Below, in pieces: positions 1-12,632 of a stretch of 64,000 nt of DNA (the first letter of the stretch is position 1; each line of letters starts with the position of its first letter). The stretch is taken from positions 3,038,001 to 3,102,000 of the forward strand of contig OZ024753.1 of the NCBI GenBank assembly GCA_964016885.1, given 5' to 3'. The translations under genes and the position numbers were made by a program. This DNA is from Eledone cirrhosa. Taxonomy: Eukaryota. Under the pieces are notes generated by a model. The model saw only the letters and a list, made by a program, of their open reading frames with translations, was not told the origin of the DNA and did no database searches.

Positions 1-840
1 ACATATATTAAATAAAATTCCTTTCAGAAATTATTTAAAGCTTGAATAAGAATGAATTCAAAGTAGAATTCAATAAAATTCCCAAATTAATAAAAGACTT
101 CCTTTTTGGTATTCTTGGAGATCAGACGGGGTTAATAAATGAATGCAAGGTAAAAACTCTTCTCCCATTCAATGTGTCCTTCAAAAGAGATGTTATGAGA
201 CTGAGCTATTGATATCACATCACTCCAGCTATACTCTTCAGTAAGGTTATCACAATTTAACATAAATATTGTTTATTCTTTCATTTTCGTTAGTATAGAA
301 TAGAGATGGGTATTCAGTTCTGGTTTGCATCAGAACTGTTAACCTTAATGCTAGTTGAAATCAACTGATAACAATACCACAACTAACAGCACAGATATAT
401 TTTTGAAAAGAGCTAGTGTGTCAAAAGTGTAATAGTGTTAAATGCCATGCAGAGAAATAAACTTACTTCCTCGCCATAGAAAAGATTGTAATATTCTCAA
501 AATTGAATGACATAAAACATTGCTCTAAGGGAATAGCCCTAAATATAATTAGGCAGGCTTTCAAAACAATGAATTGTTTGTTTTCACTGTTTTAAATTCC
601 TTTTCTCACTTTTCCAAATGAACAGAATTAAATTTGTAATGGAAGTGTTGAGAAAAGATAACTAATTTCAAATGTGAAAAAGCAATCTAGTTCTTTCACA
701 TTAAGCATCAAATGTATGGAGAAACTGTTTTCAAGTAATCTCAGGCAAAGAAATGAATGTAAGATTTCAATTCAACGTCATATAAATATATATAGATTAA
801 GTTTAATGAAACTATCCATAGCCCTGACCACGATCTACTC

Positions 841-1004
841 CAGGCATGGGTTATCTTTTTGAAGCAGAGAACCATAGAGGATGTATTTCATTAAAAGGCA
901 GGCCGTAGTACTAAAAATTTAAAGGCAATTTTGTAATTTGCCGTGACATTCAGAAAGTCAAATGGGCTGCATGTGACCCACAGGCGACAGTTTGCTCATG
1001 GCTG
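841..1004. mobile_element. hAT-type MITE (decayed)
   Basis: Imperfect TIRs CAGGCATGGG / CTCATGGCTG; 8-bp target-site duplication ATCTACTC (833-840) / ATCTACTT (1005-1012); 8-bp TSD and CAG termini are typical of hAT elements. Confidence 0.7.
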
Positions 1005-1184
1005 ATCTACTTACTCAATGAATTTATAAAAGTTATCAAGAAGTGGGCTAACAGCTGAAGCGAATGATACAATTATATCTGTATAAAAACAGAGTTGATA
1101 AGTATGACTCCATCAAAGTGTATATAAATATACAGATTTTTAATATGTAGGCATGTAAACATGTAAATTGAAAAAAATGATAAA

Positions 1185-1186
<2 letters not shown>

Positions 1187-1266
<80 letters not shown>
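1187..1266. repeat. (CT)n-(TA)n compound microsatellite
   Basis: Direct reading. Confidence 0.95.
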
Positions 1267-1486
1267 AACAAGGTTTAGCAAATAATGAAAAAGTTTCAAA
1301 ATAAATTTTAAAAAATTGACTTTACCTACTATAGTTACCTTTACCGATCTTTGCAACGAAGGCCGTATGGTCTCCGTTTATTTTTGGGATTCGAAACCGA
1401 TCGGTAAAGGTAACTACAGTAGGTAAAGTCAATTTTTTAAAATTTATTTTGAAACTTTTTCATTATTTGCTAAACCTTGTTTATAT
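1262..1486. repeat. 88-bp inverted repeat around a hammerhead-like spacer (Penelope-like remnant)
   Basis: 1262-1349 is the reverse complement of 1399-1486 with one mismatch; 49-bp spacer; the segment lies between (TA)n tracts. Confidence 0.9.
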
Positions 1487-1615
1487 TTGTTCTGGCTCAT
1501 TAATTTATTAACCTGCCATTGAACCACACTGGCATTTGGTTGGACAATACATGCGTACCTTAGCGCCTTGTGCGTGAAGGAACACATATCCTATTATATA
1601 TATATATATATTAGT

Positions 1616-1977
1616 GAAGGCACATGGTTAGAGCATTGGGCTTGCAATCAAAAGGTTGTGAGTTCAATTCTAGGACCGGGTGATGTGTTGTTTCCTTGAG
1701 TAAGACACTTTATTTCACATTGCTCCAGTTTACTCAGCTGTAGGGGTTCCTATCATTCCATTGCAAAGTGGTTGTGGAGGTGCCACGGCAAAAAAAGCAC
1801 CCAGCCATCACTGTGAATGAGGTTGTTGCTAGGAAGGGCATCCAGCTGTGGAAATCAAGCCAGAATCAGTTCCCGTTTGAGTAAGACAAGGTCAGCCGAC
1901 TGGACACTGCCCACAACAGGACAACCCGTCTAACCCATGCTAGCGTGGAAGAATGGACGTAAAACGGTGATGATGAT
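1616..1977 (+). mobile_element. tRNA-derived SINE family A, long RTE-derived tail
   Basis: tRNA-like head (GGTTAGAGCATTGG...GAGTTCAATTC); central CCTTGAGxAAGACACTTTATTTCAC domain (CORE/Meta-like); 3' half matches the RTE 3' UTR at 35345-35610; (TGA)n tail. Confidence 0.9.
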
Positions 1978-2574
1978 ATATATATATATACACACACATT
2001 TAGAAGATGTAGACATGTTAAAATACCAAAAATAAGAATTTTGCTGTAAATTGAGAAACAAGATGATAAACACCCTTGATCGATTTTTGAACCTAGTTGA
2101 GCCTTCAGTAGAAGGCGTGTATATCATCCAAACAACCACAAGGGAACATATATTCGATGGGGTTGTATACTTTTAGTATTATTCTGAAATGGATGTACTA
2201 ATTTACATATAATTAGCATTCATGCTGGTAGTTAAGATATATATTAAGAAGTGCCCTAGCAGCTGAAGGCTCTAATAACCACTGAACCCCACAGATATGC
2301 CTGAAGCTGTATCCACCATGAGCCAAACGAAAATGAATGTAATATGAGTGGTGGTGTAGGGCAGAAGCCCAGCTGTTACATATGTGGAAGTAAGAGACAT
2401 GTTGGGGTTATCTACCCTAAACAGTTAGAAAGATATATGTGAAGAAAGAGCAATCAACAGCATTCAAACCAACACAGAAGAAACCACTGGTATCAGTTCT
2501 GTAGATAACCATGGGTTCTTGTGGCAACAATAAAGAAATGATAATAATAATTATCATTATTATCATTATTATAC

Positions 2575-3310
2575 GCATAGAGTTACAGCCCTTGCCATTC
2601 TGAGTTCAAATCCTGCCGAGGTTAGCTTTGCCTTTCATCCTTACGGGATCGATAAAATAAAGTACCAGTAATGCACTGGTTAATTGTTGGCCTTGTGCCA
2701 AAAGTAGAAACAATTATTACCATTATTATAATTGGCAGTCGATTGGCAGAATCGGTTGAACGTCAGACACCATGCTTTGCAGCATAGAGCTATGGCCTTT
2801 TAGGTTAGCTTTGCCTTTCATCCTTACAAGGTCATTAAAATAAAGCACCAATAATGCAGTAGGAGTCAATTTAATCGGCTTTTCTCTCCCTTAAAATTTC
2901 TGGCCTAGTGCCTATAGTAGAAACTGTTATTATCGGTAGAGGGTCGGACGCCATGCTTTGATGCATAGAGTTACGGCCCTTACCATTCTGAGTTCAAATC
3001 CCGCCGAGTTTAACTTTGCATCTCATCCTTACGGGGTCGATAAAATAAAGTACCAGTAATACGCTGGGTAATTGCTGGCCTTATGCCAAAAAGTAGAAAC
3101 AATTATTAATACTTTTATTATTTGGCAGTATTGGTAGAGGGTCGGATGCCATGCTTTGACGCATAGAGTTACGGCCCTTATCATTCTGAGTTCAAATCCC
3201 GCCGAGGTTAACTTTGCCTTTCATCTTTACGGGGTCGATAAAATAAAGTACCAGTAATGTACTGGGTAATTGCTGGCCTTGTGCCAAAAGTCGAAACAAT
3301 TATTATTATC
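2575..3310 (+). mobile_element. Tandem cluster of four SINE family B (Nin-domain-like) copies
   Basis: Four repeats of CTTTGCCTTTCATCCTTACGGGGTCGATAAAATAAAGTACCAG...GTAGAAACAATTATT at about 2575, 2732, 2931 and 3121; three also retain the B box GAGTTCAAATCC. Confidence 0.9.
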
Positions 3311-5412
3311 ATTAAGATAAGTTGAATATTTATTGATTTGACAAAGGCATTGGTGACCAAAGAGAAGTAAATTAGTCTCAACTGGGAATCAGAATGTGAT
3401 CACAGATGCCAAGACCAAAATACCAAATCCCAAGGCCAAAATACAAAACCCCAAAGCTCATTATCTTCCATAATGATGTAAATTTTTATTGTTTATTATT
3501 TATTTATTTACTAATTTTTATCTATCATAATTTGCTTTTATATCAATGATTACTTTTAACTAGCTACAAAGAAAATTTTAAAGTGAACTAAATAAACGAT
3601 TTATTTTTTAATACTAGTCAAGATTATTACACTTCGCTTACATCGATAAACTACCAATATCATGACTCACACTTTACTACTTCTGAAGTCAATAGAGCTG
3701 ATTACCTATTGATGGATAATGATGACTAAAAATAGTTTAGCACTTAATGTTATTTCATTTACATATAAAATAAATAATTCAGATATATTTCTTTTCCTTT
3801 TTTTTATCAAACAGTTTGGTGAATGAAATGCAAAGTAAAGCCTGTCAGGATTTGAAATCAAAAACAGTAATAAACTAGAACATACACAGTAAACTATTTA
3901 GATTCATTCTCCTCCAACATCCCCATGAATAAAACTAAAAAATACAAATCATTCATTGTTCTGAAGCTAAGATATTTTGTACACACATTAGCTTGCATTG
4001 ATGAAAGAAAACACAATATTGGCACAAATTCAGCAGAAACCTCAATGAGTGCAAAAATTTGAAAAAAAATCAATTCTAAACCACTAAAATAGGAAAACAG
4101 AACTACAAAAGCAATAACTACTCTTCAGGAAAGATTATTTTGTAACAGATATTGTGATTGAGGGTCTAAATTAAAGACCTTTTGAAGTTTTTATGCTCAG
4201 AAAATAAGAGCTTTCTTTATCTTGATTTTTGTGGATCAGCGTTTATATATGTAGATAAAATACTGAAAGAAGGCCCTGAATGAAATTGCTTTATTTTCCA
4301 ATATTTCATAACACTGTAAGCAAAACAATAGTTGTAAGTGATTCTTATCCAAAACATTTTACAGAAGGTAAACTTAAACATCATCAATGAAACTAACAAA
4401 AAGTATTCTTTTAAGAATTCTTTCTTTCTTCCTTTTTGAAAATATTGAATGACAATAGTTAGTTATAGCCAAAGAATTCTGATACTAACCAAATAGCTTC
4501 ATTTTTATTTTATTCAGAGAAGAAATTTTTCTTACATCGATCCAATACTGAATGCTATTGTAGCAAAGAAAACATTTCGACATTCAAAATATCCTGTTTT
4601 ATTGATAAAGTAATTTGGAAAGAAATGAAAACAATAAATAGATAATTTTGCCTTTTACTTTATTGTGTTCTTGAAATGTTCTTACATCATAGAAGGTCGA
4701 CATTGAGGAAATATGTCAAGAGCTCTATTGCAATTCATGCATGTGTTATGATATCAGAATACTCAAGTACAATGTGTATGAATAAATTTACCAATGTGAA
4801 AGGATGATATGTCCATGTATCCATGGTGTTAATCGAAAAAAATGAACGCTGCAAAGGATAGCAAATTTACAGCAGATTAAGCTTTTTATGCAATAAAATA
4901 TAATGTAGTGTTTGGTGTATTGAGGTGTAAGATAACGTAGTGTTTTGTTGTAACATATATATACACACTTCAAAAACAGTAACTGAATTGCAGCGTTATG
5001 AAACAAAACTCAATGTCTCTTCAAAAACACTTCAATATTTCTATTGCACAGAATGGTTTTGTTGGATAAGCTCCCACATTTTGACGTAAATATTTTTACA
5101 TTATCTAGTTAAAGTACACAGATTCTCACTCATGAGTTCAAATCCCACTGCTATCTGAATTGCATAATTTTATCCCTGAGAAAGTTTTGATAAAATAAAT
5201 ATATTTTTCTGTGTGTGTAGAGAATAACGAAGTGTATTTAGACTTATCTATCTTTTCTCAATAAGGCTTATAATTTAAAAATCTGCAGTTATAATTGCAT
5301 TAAATTTATTAGATTTTCTAATATATATTAACTGCTACATAAATATTTATTAATTAATTAACCATGGTGGCAACAAGTTTACATTATGTAAATTATACTT
5401 GACTGACGAGGT

Positions 5413-5675
5413 CTATGTATACTATTATATTTTCATGGTAAAGGCTTTACCTCGCATAACATTCACATTACTCTATATATACTATTATATTTTCATGGTA
5501 AAGGCTTTACTTTGCATAATTATCTCACATAATATCGAATCGATGAGATTTTGAAAGTATTTATTTTGAGAACAATACCTTAACATCAGTTTGAGTGACC
5601 AGTTACAGCCAGTTTCAACAGAAAGAGGTAGAGAATTCTGGCCAGTTTTGGCCAGTTTGAACATTAAAGGGTTAA
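5413..5675 (+). mobile_element. TTAA MITE family 1, left end lost, internal duplication
   Basis: Homologous to 23688-23914 and 24390-24607; ends AAAGGG-TTAA; 5413-5459 is repeated at 5473-5519. Confidence 0.8.
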
Positions 5676-5746
5676 GTTTTCATTTGTGTTTGTATCAGTG
5701 TTTCATTACAAATTCTCTTCATTAGCAGAACAGTAAAGGGCGAAGA

Positions 5747-6075
5747 CAGAGGTTCTCAAACTTTTGGGACCACCGCCCCCCTCATGACCAAGTAATACCA
5801 TCAGTGCCCCCAAACCTATTTCCGGAGAGAGATCTGCTTACAAGTAAATAGTAATTAATATATTATAAATAAAATTGTTAATTTATATATAATAGACAAT
5901 ATATATTATGTATAAATAAATACGATATATTTTTTATTTTACTATATTTAATTATATGTATCATTTGATATTTAATATACTATTATAACATCTCTACCGC
6001 CCTTTTAGACCCAGTTCTCCCTGGACCTTCTCAATGTTCCTTGGTGGGTGGTAGTACCCAGTTTGAGAACCTCTG
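5747..6075. mobile_element. hAT-type MITE
   Basis: Perfect 16-bp TIR CAGAGGTTCTCAAACT / AGTTTGAGAACCTCTG with AT-rich interior; the 8-bp TSD is only partly preserved. Confidence 0.85.
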
Positions 6076-6605
6076 ATCTAAGACATCTGATTAATAGCTA
6101 ATTAGCTGTGAAACATATGAAAGCAATCCTTATTATTTCTGTGTACGAAACAAATAACAAAATGTGATTAATTTTCTTTATGTTTTTCAGGCGAAGCTTA
6201 TCATTTTAAGCTGCAGCTATACCTATATTGAATTTATCTTAGATATTATTTTCGTTCTCCACATACAAGACATTTCACAACTGTTAGTGGGAATGTAGCC
6301 AAGATATAACTTTTCTTTCTAAAAACAAAAACCATTCTTCTCACTCACATACACAGACAAATACTAATCATCATCATCATCATATTTTCTCTTTATGTTT
6401 TTATGTCTGTATATTCCATGCTTGCAGGAGTTGGGACAAAACCTTTTTAAGTGTGCTACAGCTGGATACCTTTTCAGACACTAACTCATACCTTATTTAA
6501 GTATGGCATATACAGTGCTATCGTTTGTTTAATAAACAGTGTCGATATGATGTTTTACAGTGACTGGCATTCACAGATATCAGCTCCATACAAACATACT
6601 GCCTT

Positions 6606-6645
6606 CACACACACACACACACACACACACAATTGAGTGTGTGTG

Positions 6646-6690
<45 letters not shown>

Positions 6691-6704
6691 ATTGAGTGTG
6701 TGTG

Positions 6705-6748
<44 letters not shown>

Positions 6749-6760
6749 TCACACACACAA
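6606..6760. repeat. (CA)n-AATTGAG-(TG)n-(TA)n compound microsatellite, duplicated
   Basis: Direct reading; the unit occurs twice. Confidence 0.9.
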
Positions 6761-6771
6761 AAATAAACATT

Positions 6772-6966
6772 TATCATTATCGTTTTACGTCAATGTTTCC
6801 ACGCTAGCATGGGTTAGACAGCTTATGCTGTTGTGGGCAATGCCATGTTAGGTGACTATGTCTTGTTCATACAGGACTGATTTTGGCTCAGTTTCTAAAG
6901 CTGGATGCCCTTCCTAACATCAACCTCATTTACAGTGAGTACTGGGTGCTTTTTTACTGTGACGTC
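6772..6966 (-). mobile_element. RTE LINE 3' UTR fragment
   Basis: Matches 35350-35560 (CCACGCTAGCATGGGTTAGAC...CTGGATGCCCTTCCTAACA). Confidence 0.85.
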
Positions 6967-6981
6967 TACATATACATATAT

Positions 6982-7667
6982 GGAAAAAATTAGAGATAAG
7001 GAAAAAATTAGAGATAAGAGGGATCAGATGTTGTTTACTCGAGAGAAGGCTACGTTGGTATGGACACGTGATGCGCATGAAAGTCGATAGCTGTATAACA
7101 AAGTGCAGGGCAATAAAGATAGACGGTAGTCACGGAATAGGCAGACCTAGAAAAACCTGGGACGAGCTGATAAACTCCGACATCACACACTTACACCTCT
7201 CCAAGACAATGTCACTGGACCGAGACCTTTGGCGGTACTCAGTAACAGAGAAGACCCGCCTTACCTAAATATATAGTAAAACCTACTCCAGCCAGTAGGC
7301 ATCTCTAACAAAATACACCCCGTCCCACCACCACCACCCCCACCCGATCCACACCACCCCGTTCTATGTAAAGTTATGTTGGTGCCGCGCCATCGAGGCC
7401 GAAACAAATGAGATCGTGTAGGTGTCACGACAAAAAAACACACAGTCCACGCTGTAATGTGACCGTGTAGGCAACACGGTAAAAACCTCCCAGACCCACA
7501 CTGTAAATGTGGTTGGTGTTAGGAAGGGCATCCAACTGTAGAAAACCTGCCAGACAGTCCTATGCGAGCAAGACAATCACTCTTGCCTCAAGTGGGACTA
7601 CCCCCGTCCAAACCCATGCAAGCGTGGAACACGGACGTTAAACGTTGATGATGATGATGATGATGAT
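6982..7667 (+). mobile_element. 5'-truncated RTE LINE (ORF C-terminus + 3' UTR)
   Basis: Translates to ...[45 protein letters not shown]..., homologous to the end of the 506-aa ORF; (GAT)n tail; 18-bp tandem duplication at the truncation point. Confidence 0.92.
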
Positions 7668-7759
7668 TGTGTTTGCTCTATTGCACACTTTTATCTCATT
7701 GAGCAAGTGAGCTATGGCTGATGGTGACTAAAATAAATTTGGTGACCTCCGTAATCTCA

Positions 7760-7796
<37 letters not shown>

Positions 7797-8185
7797 CATA
7801 AGGCTTTGGTAAGCCCAGGTCTAAAATAGACAATGTTTCTTTTTGCCAAGATATCTGCATCTTTGTGAAAATGTAAGATTCTCATTTGATTTCAACTGCG
7901 ATTTGGTAGGAAACACACAAGGCAAGAAAATGAAGCCCAATGAGTTTTAGTAATTTTCTTACTTCTAGGGGCAACAATCTACCTTAGATAACTAATAGAA
8001 ACTTGTAAATAGCCTACTCTAACTTTTAAGCTGAAGTTTTTCTAGTCTGTTTATTCAATCTTGTTAGATAAAGGCTTTGTAAATAAACTGAAATCAGAAA
8101 TTTTCATGAGGTACTGCTAAAGCCTTCAGCTAAAATTACTAAATATCTTCCCATTTTATTGCTTTTCAGTCTTCTAGTATATATC

Positions 8186-8415
8186 AGAGAGAGAGAGAGA
8201 GAGACATGGAGAGAAAGAGGGGAGAGAGAGATAGAGAGGGAGAGAATGAGAGAGATAGAGAGAGGGAAAGATGAAGAGTGTGAGAGAGACAGATGGAGGA
8301 TATGGAACAGAGTTAATGTGTCTGCAAAGGAAAGAGATGGCAGGAATAGAGATGTGTGTGTGTGTTTGTGTGCCTGTGTCTGGAGGTATATGAGAAAGAG
8401 GGGAAAAGAACGGAG

Positions 8416-8451
<36 letters not shown>

Positions 8452-8600
8452 ACGCATGTGTGTTTATGTCTGTTTTTGCGGGTGTGAGAGAAAGAGTGAG
8501 AAAGAACAGAGGTATGTGTATGTGTGTGTGCGTGCCTGTGTTTGGAGGTGTTAAAGAAAAGTTGGGAAAGAACAGACGTGTGTGTGTGTGCTTGTGTGTT

Positions 8601-8646
<46 letters not shown>

Positions 8647-8790
8647 GGGGGATGTGAGAGAAAGAGTATGAAAGAACAGAGGTATATGTGTGTGCATGTG
8701 TGTGTTTGTGTGTTTGTGCGCATGTGTGCTTGTGTTCAGGTGTGTATGAGAAAGAGTGAGAAAGAACAGAGGTATAACTACAAAGAATGA
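8186..8790. repeat. (GA)n/(GT)n low-complexity region with a recurring GAGAAAGAGTGAGAAAGAACAGAGGTAT unit
   Basis: Direct reading; about 5-6 degenerate units separated by (GT)n. Confidence 0.85.
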
Positions 8791-9040
8791 CAGTGAGGAA
8801 CTGCACTGAGCATCAGTGGAGATATCAATTAGGCTGCATTCAACAAATTGGAACTTGGTCTATAAACATGACAAGCCTAGTTTAGTAGATGTAGTGAATA
8901 ACGATGATTGGCATTGACCTTGTATATTACTGGTGAATATTTCATCAGCTCTGAGTGAATAAGGATTTAAAAAGACCAACTACATTTATAAAGTCTTTGC
9001 ATTCATAGTCCTTGCTTTAACCTCACAAATGTAATCGAAA

Positions 9041-9256
9041 TAATTATTTCTACTTTAGGCACAAGGCTAGCAATTTGAAGAGGAGGGGAAAGTTGATTAA
9101 ATCAACCTCAGTACTCACTAGTGCTTTATTTCATTGACCCCGTAAATATGAAAGACAAAGCTAATCTCGGTGGAATTTGAACTCAGAACGTAAAAGGCCA
9201 TAACTCTCTGTCATGAAGCATGGTGTCTGACACTCTGCCAATACTGCTAATCCATC
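9041..9256 (-). mobile_element. SINE family B (older copy)
   Basis: Reverse complement of the family B consensus (GGAATTTGAACTCAGAACG; TTTCTACTTTAGGCACAAGG). Confidence 0.85.
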
Positions 9257-9348
9257 GAAATAATGTTTCACTATTCTATTATAAGAAACTAGATGTCCGA
9301 TTTATAATGTGCTTAGATATTTAAGCAGTATGGTTTTATTACTCATAT

Positions 9349-9690
9349 GGAGGCACATGGCTTAGTGGTTAGAGCATTGGCCTTGCAATCGAAAGATTGT
9401 GAGTTCAATTCTCAGACCGAGTGATGTGTTGTTTCCTTGAGCAAGACACTTTATTTCCCATTGCTCCAGTTTACTCAGCTGTAGAAATGAGATGATAGGG
9501 ACTGGGATTCCTATCATTCCACTGCAAAGTGGTTGTGGAGGTGCCACGACAAAAAAGCACCCAGCACTCACTGTAAATGAGGTTGGTGTTAGGAAGGGCA
9601 TCCAGCTGTAGAAATCAAGCCAGAATCAGTTCCTGTCCCACCCGTGCAAGCAGGGAAAAAGTGGACGTAAAATGAAATGAAATGAAAAAA
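9349..9690 (+). mobile_element. SINE family A, short-tail subfamily
   Basis: A-box-like TGGCTTAGTGG, B-box-like GAGTTCAATTC; near-identical to 44985-45325 and 50978-51310; RTE-derived tail. Confidence 0.92.
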
Positions 9691-9724
9691 ATTTCTTACA
9701 AACACACACACACTCTCTGAGAAA

Positions 9725-9960
9725 GTTGTGGGGGCAGAGTCCTGAAACACTCCTTCCAGCGGGTTATGTCAGAAGCAACTGTCTCCAACTGATCTGGCTG
9801 GATCCCCAAGTGAGACCAGCCAAGCTGATGGATGTTATCTAACTATCTTGCACAGGGTCTACTCCTGGGTCTCCTGTTGGCTGCTTTTGCCTGTAAAATC
9901 TGTCCAGCAATTCTTTCCTGACACATTCTAATCGCATGCCTATAGTGTCATAACCAATAT
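9725..9960 (-). mobile_element. RTE 3' ORF remnant, Expander/Rex3-like subfamily
   Basis: Homologous to 31665-31860. Confidence 0.65.
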
Positions 9961-9985
9961 AATGTTGTACAATTCATAGTATATA

Positions 9986-10150
9986 TGAGGGTTGGCTGAA
10001 AAGTTGTGATGCTAGAGCTGTGAAATCTTACATGCTTTAATTTCAACTCTTCTTATTAGTAACTAGATTGTTACAAATAAGAAGAATTGAAATTGAAGCA
10101 TGTAGGATTTCACATCTTGGTCAGCCTATGAATTTTTCAGTTGACTCTCA
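9986..10150. mobile_element. Palindromic Tc1/mariner-type MITE
   Basis: TA flanks; TIR TGAGGGTTGGCTGAAAAGTT / AATTTTTCAGTTGACTCTCA; the interior also pairs (TGTGAAATCTTACATGCTTTAATTTCAA / TTGAAATTGAAGCATGTAGGATTTCACA). Confidence 0.85.
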
Positions 10151-10652
10151 TAGTAGCTCAACAGAAACACTTTGAAACACAGTTTTATATCACAAAACCA
10201 GGGATAGTTTCAGACAGTTTGGTATCTTAAGGGTTAAACAAGAACCTTACATGTTTTCATCTAGAACATTCTAGGTTAACAAATTAAATCTTGATTTAAA
10301 TATTAAAGCTACATTATCTGTATATCAGACTTCTCCCACTGATGAAATTACAGAATTTTAAAGTTTTCTACTCTTACATTAGTCAAACATTTTCTCATGA
10401 TATATTTAATACTTAATGAGTCTTTTGAGAATGTTTTTCCAAAGACTTTTTATCAATTTTAATTTGATATAACTCAAAAACTTGTAAATAAATGATCTCC
10501 TTCTGTAGGTGTTAGGCTATAACTCTTTCTTAACACCTATTTACTCATATAATTTCTATACTACAGTTCACCTTCAGAGAATATCAACATTAAATTAAGC
10601 ATTAAATAAAAATATTCAATTAACAGGTGGCGGTGTTAAGCTGAGTGACAGA

Positions 10653-10891
10653 TTAACCCTTTAATTACCACATTTCTAATACCTATGCACTTCAATTAAG
10701 TTTCAAAATAACCAAACATTTGGGGGAATCTAATAAAATAACTAGCTGTTTCATTAGTAATCATATATTTATAACATTACTTAAACATTTCTAAATTAAA
10801 ATTATGAAGGATGGTTTTAATGCAATGATAAACATTTAAATATGAGCAGTTTTGTAACATAAATACATAGAGGTTTACGAAAAAGGTTTAA
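10653..10891 (+). mobile_element. TTAA MITE family 2 (decayed)
   Basis: Starts TTAA-CCCTTT..TTACCAC; homologous to 42240-42495. Confidence 0.65.
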
Positions 10892-11879
10892 GACTACTAC
10901 CAAAGTGGATTTGAACTCAGAATGCAAAAAGCCAAAATAAATATCACTATGGCAACTTATCAGACACTTTAAGAATTCTGTCAGTTCATATCACTTGACG
11001 AGCACTTTATTTCATTGACACAGAAAGGCTGAAAGGTAAACTTCACCTCAGTGGAATTTGAGAGTAAGGAAAAATACCAAAGGTCAGAGAACCTCTTCTC
11101 GAATATGAAAGGAGAAAACTACAGCTTATAAAGGACACATATATTATGTATATAGTTTATATATTCTTTCATTAGTGATGTATAACCTAACAGTAGTGCA
11201 ACTGTTTCAATACTTAATTGTATTATGGTATTGAAAGCTCTGAATGATTCAGAACTCTTTTAAATAAAAGTGTAAAAAGGATGATAAGCATGATTATATA
11301 TATAAGCAAACATATCCAACTTATTTGCCCCATAGTGTAGAGAGGGCTCTTCAGTTGAGTCAATAACTGACAACCTCTCTAGTGTTGGTAACATGATAAA
11401 ATGAACCAAGTGAACTCTGAAGACTGCAGAGATGTATGTGATATGATGTTACTTTACATTGCATGCATGCTTGAGGATTTATGGTACATCAATAAGTATG
11501 GCCTAAACCAGGAAAGATTGCACCACAGGAACCAAACTTTACATATGTTACTTCAACTCTGAAAACCCTTAAATATCAAAGAAAAGCTATAAATATCACA
11601 TAAGGATCACATACATACAAACATTCATACATCCATAAATACATACATACAAACATCCATCCACACACACATACATCCACACATTCACACATGGATACAT
11701 AACATGGATAAATAGACAGTTAGGAAAAAAAACAAAATTGCTCTACCTTCAGTTATCTTTGAATATCTCTTTATGCAAATATTTCTCACTCTCTCTATAT
11801 ATATATATATTCTTTCATTAGTGATGTAGAACCTCTTTGAATTTTAGTCTTCAAATTTATTTATTATTATTACTATATA

Positions 11880-12048
11880 TATATTTATTCAGTTATATAT
11901 GTATATTTATTAATGTAAGTCTATATATTATATATTCAGTTATATATGTATATTTATTAATGTAAGTCTATATATTATATATTCAGTTATATATGTATAT
12001 TTATTAATGTAAGTCTATATATTATATATTCAGTTATATATGTATGTA
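11880..12048. repeat. 47-bp minisatellite, about 3.5 copies
   Basis: CAGTTATATATGTA recurs at 11890, 11937, 11984 and 12031. Confidence 0.95.
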
Positions 12049-12445
12049 TAAGTCAGGATGGAATCAGTTTGAAACTGTTAGACCATTACTCAACTATACG
12101 TGGAGTAATAGAGTATGGTTTTATTTTAAAAAGTCAGACTCAGTCTGGAACTACCTGTTGAAACAGCAAGAGCTCAGCCATCACGTCCTGACTCTTTAAT
12201 ATATATATATAGATATATATTTGTTTGAAAAGATCGGTTTTTTTACATTGTGTTTCCCCCTCCTAATACTTGCTTATATTTCTTTATATATTCTCTACAT
12301 ATTTTTTATATATATTTTTTATCTTTATTCTTATTTTCACTTTTATCCTCCTTTATATTTTACCTTATTCTTACTTTTATACCTTATTATAGTGTAATCT
12401 TCCCCATGCCTTATTATACATTATTAATTATAGATTATTATATAA

Positions 12446-12632
12446 AGGGGTGGATTGGTAGTATCAGAAGAGGGTCGGACGCCATGCTTTCCAGCATAGT
12501 TACGTCCCTTTATGATCTGAGTTCAAATCCCGCCGAGGTTGACTTTGCCTTTCATCCTTACGGGGTCGATAAAATAAAGTACCAGTAATGCACTGGGTAA
12601 TTTGCTGGCCTTGTGCCTAAAGTAGAAACAAT
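12446..12632 (+). mobile_element. SINE family B, young copy with 18-bp TSD
   Basis: Full consensus match; ATTAATTATAGATTATTA at both 12423-12440 and 12631-12648. Confidence 0.93.

Noticed and set aside
9349-9420. tRNA gene calls at SINE heads
   Set aside because: A/B-box-like motifs are present, but the sequence runs into SINE bodies and I cannot form a complete cloverleaf with an acceptor stem.
11316-11358. Minus-strand CUGAAGA-GCCC...GGGC-AAA hammerhead-like string
   Set aside because: G12 and stem III are missing; best treated as coincidence.
12250-12588. Recurring ORF ending ...SSNPAEVDFAFHPYGVDKIKYQ (also at 31322, 42537, 50245)
   Set aside because: Chance open frame through the SINE B consensus, not a gene family.
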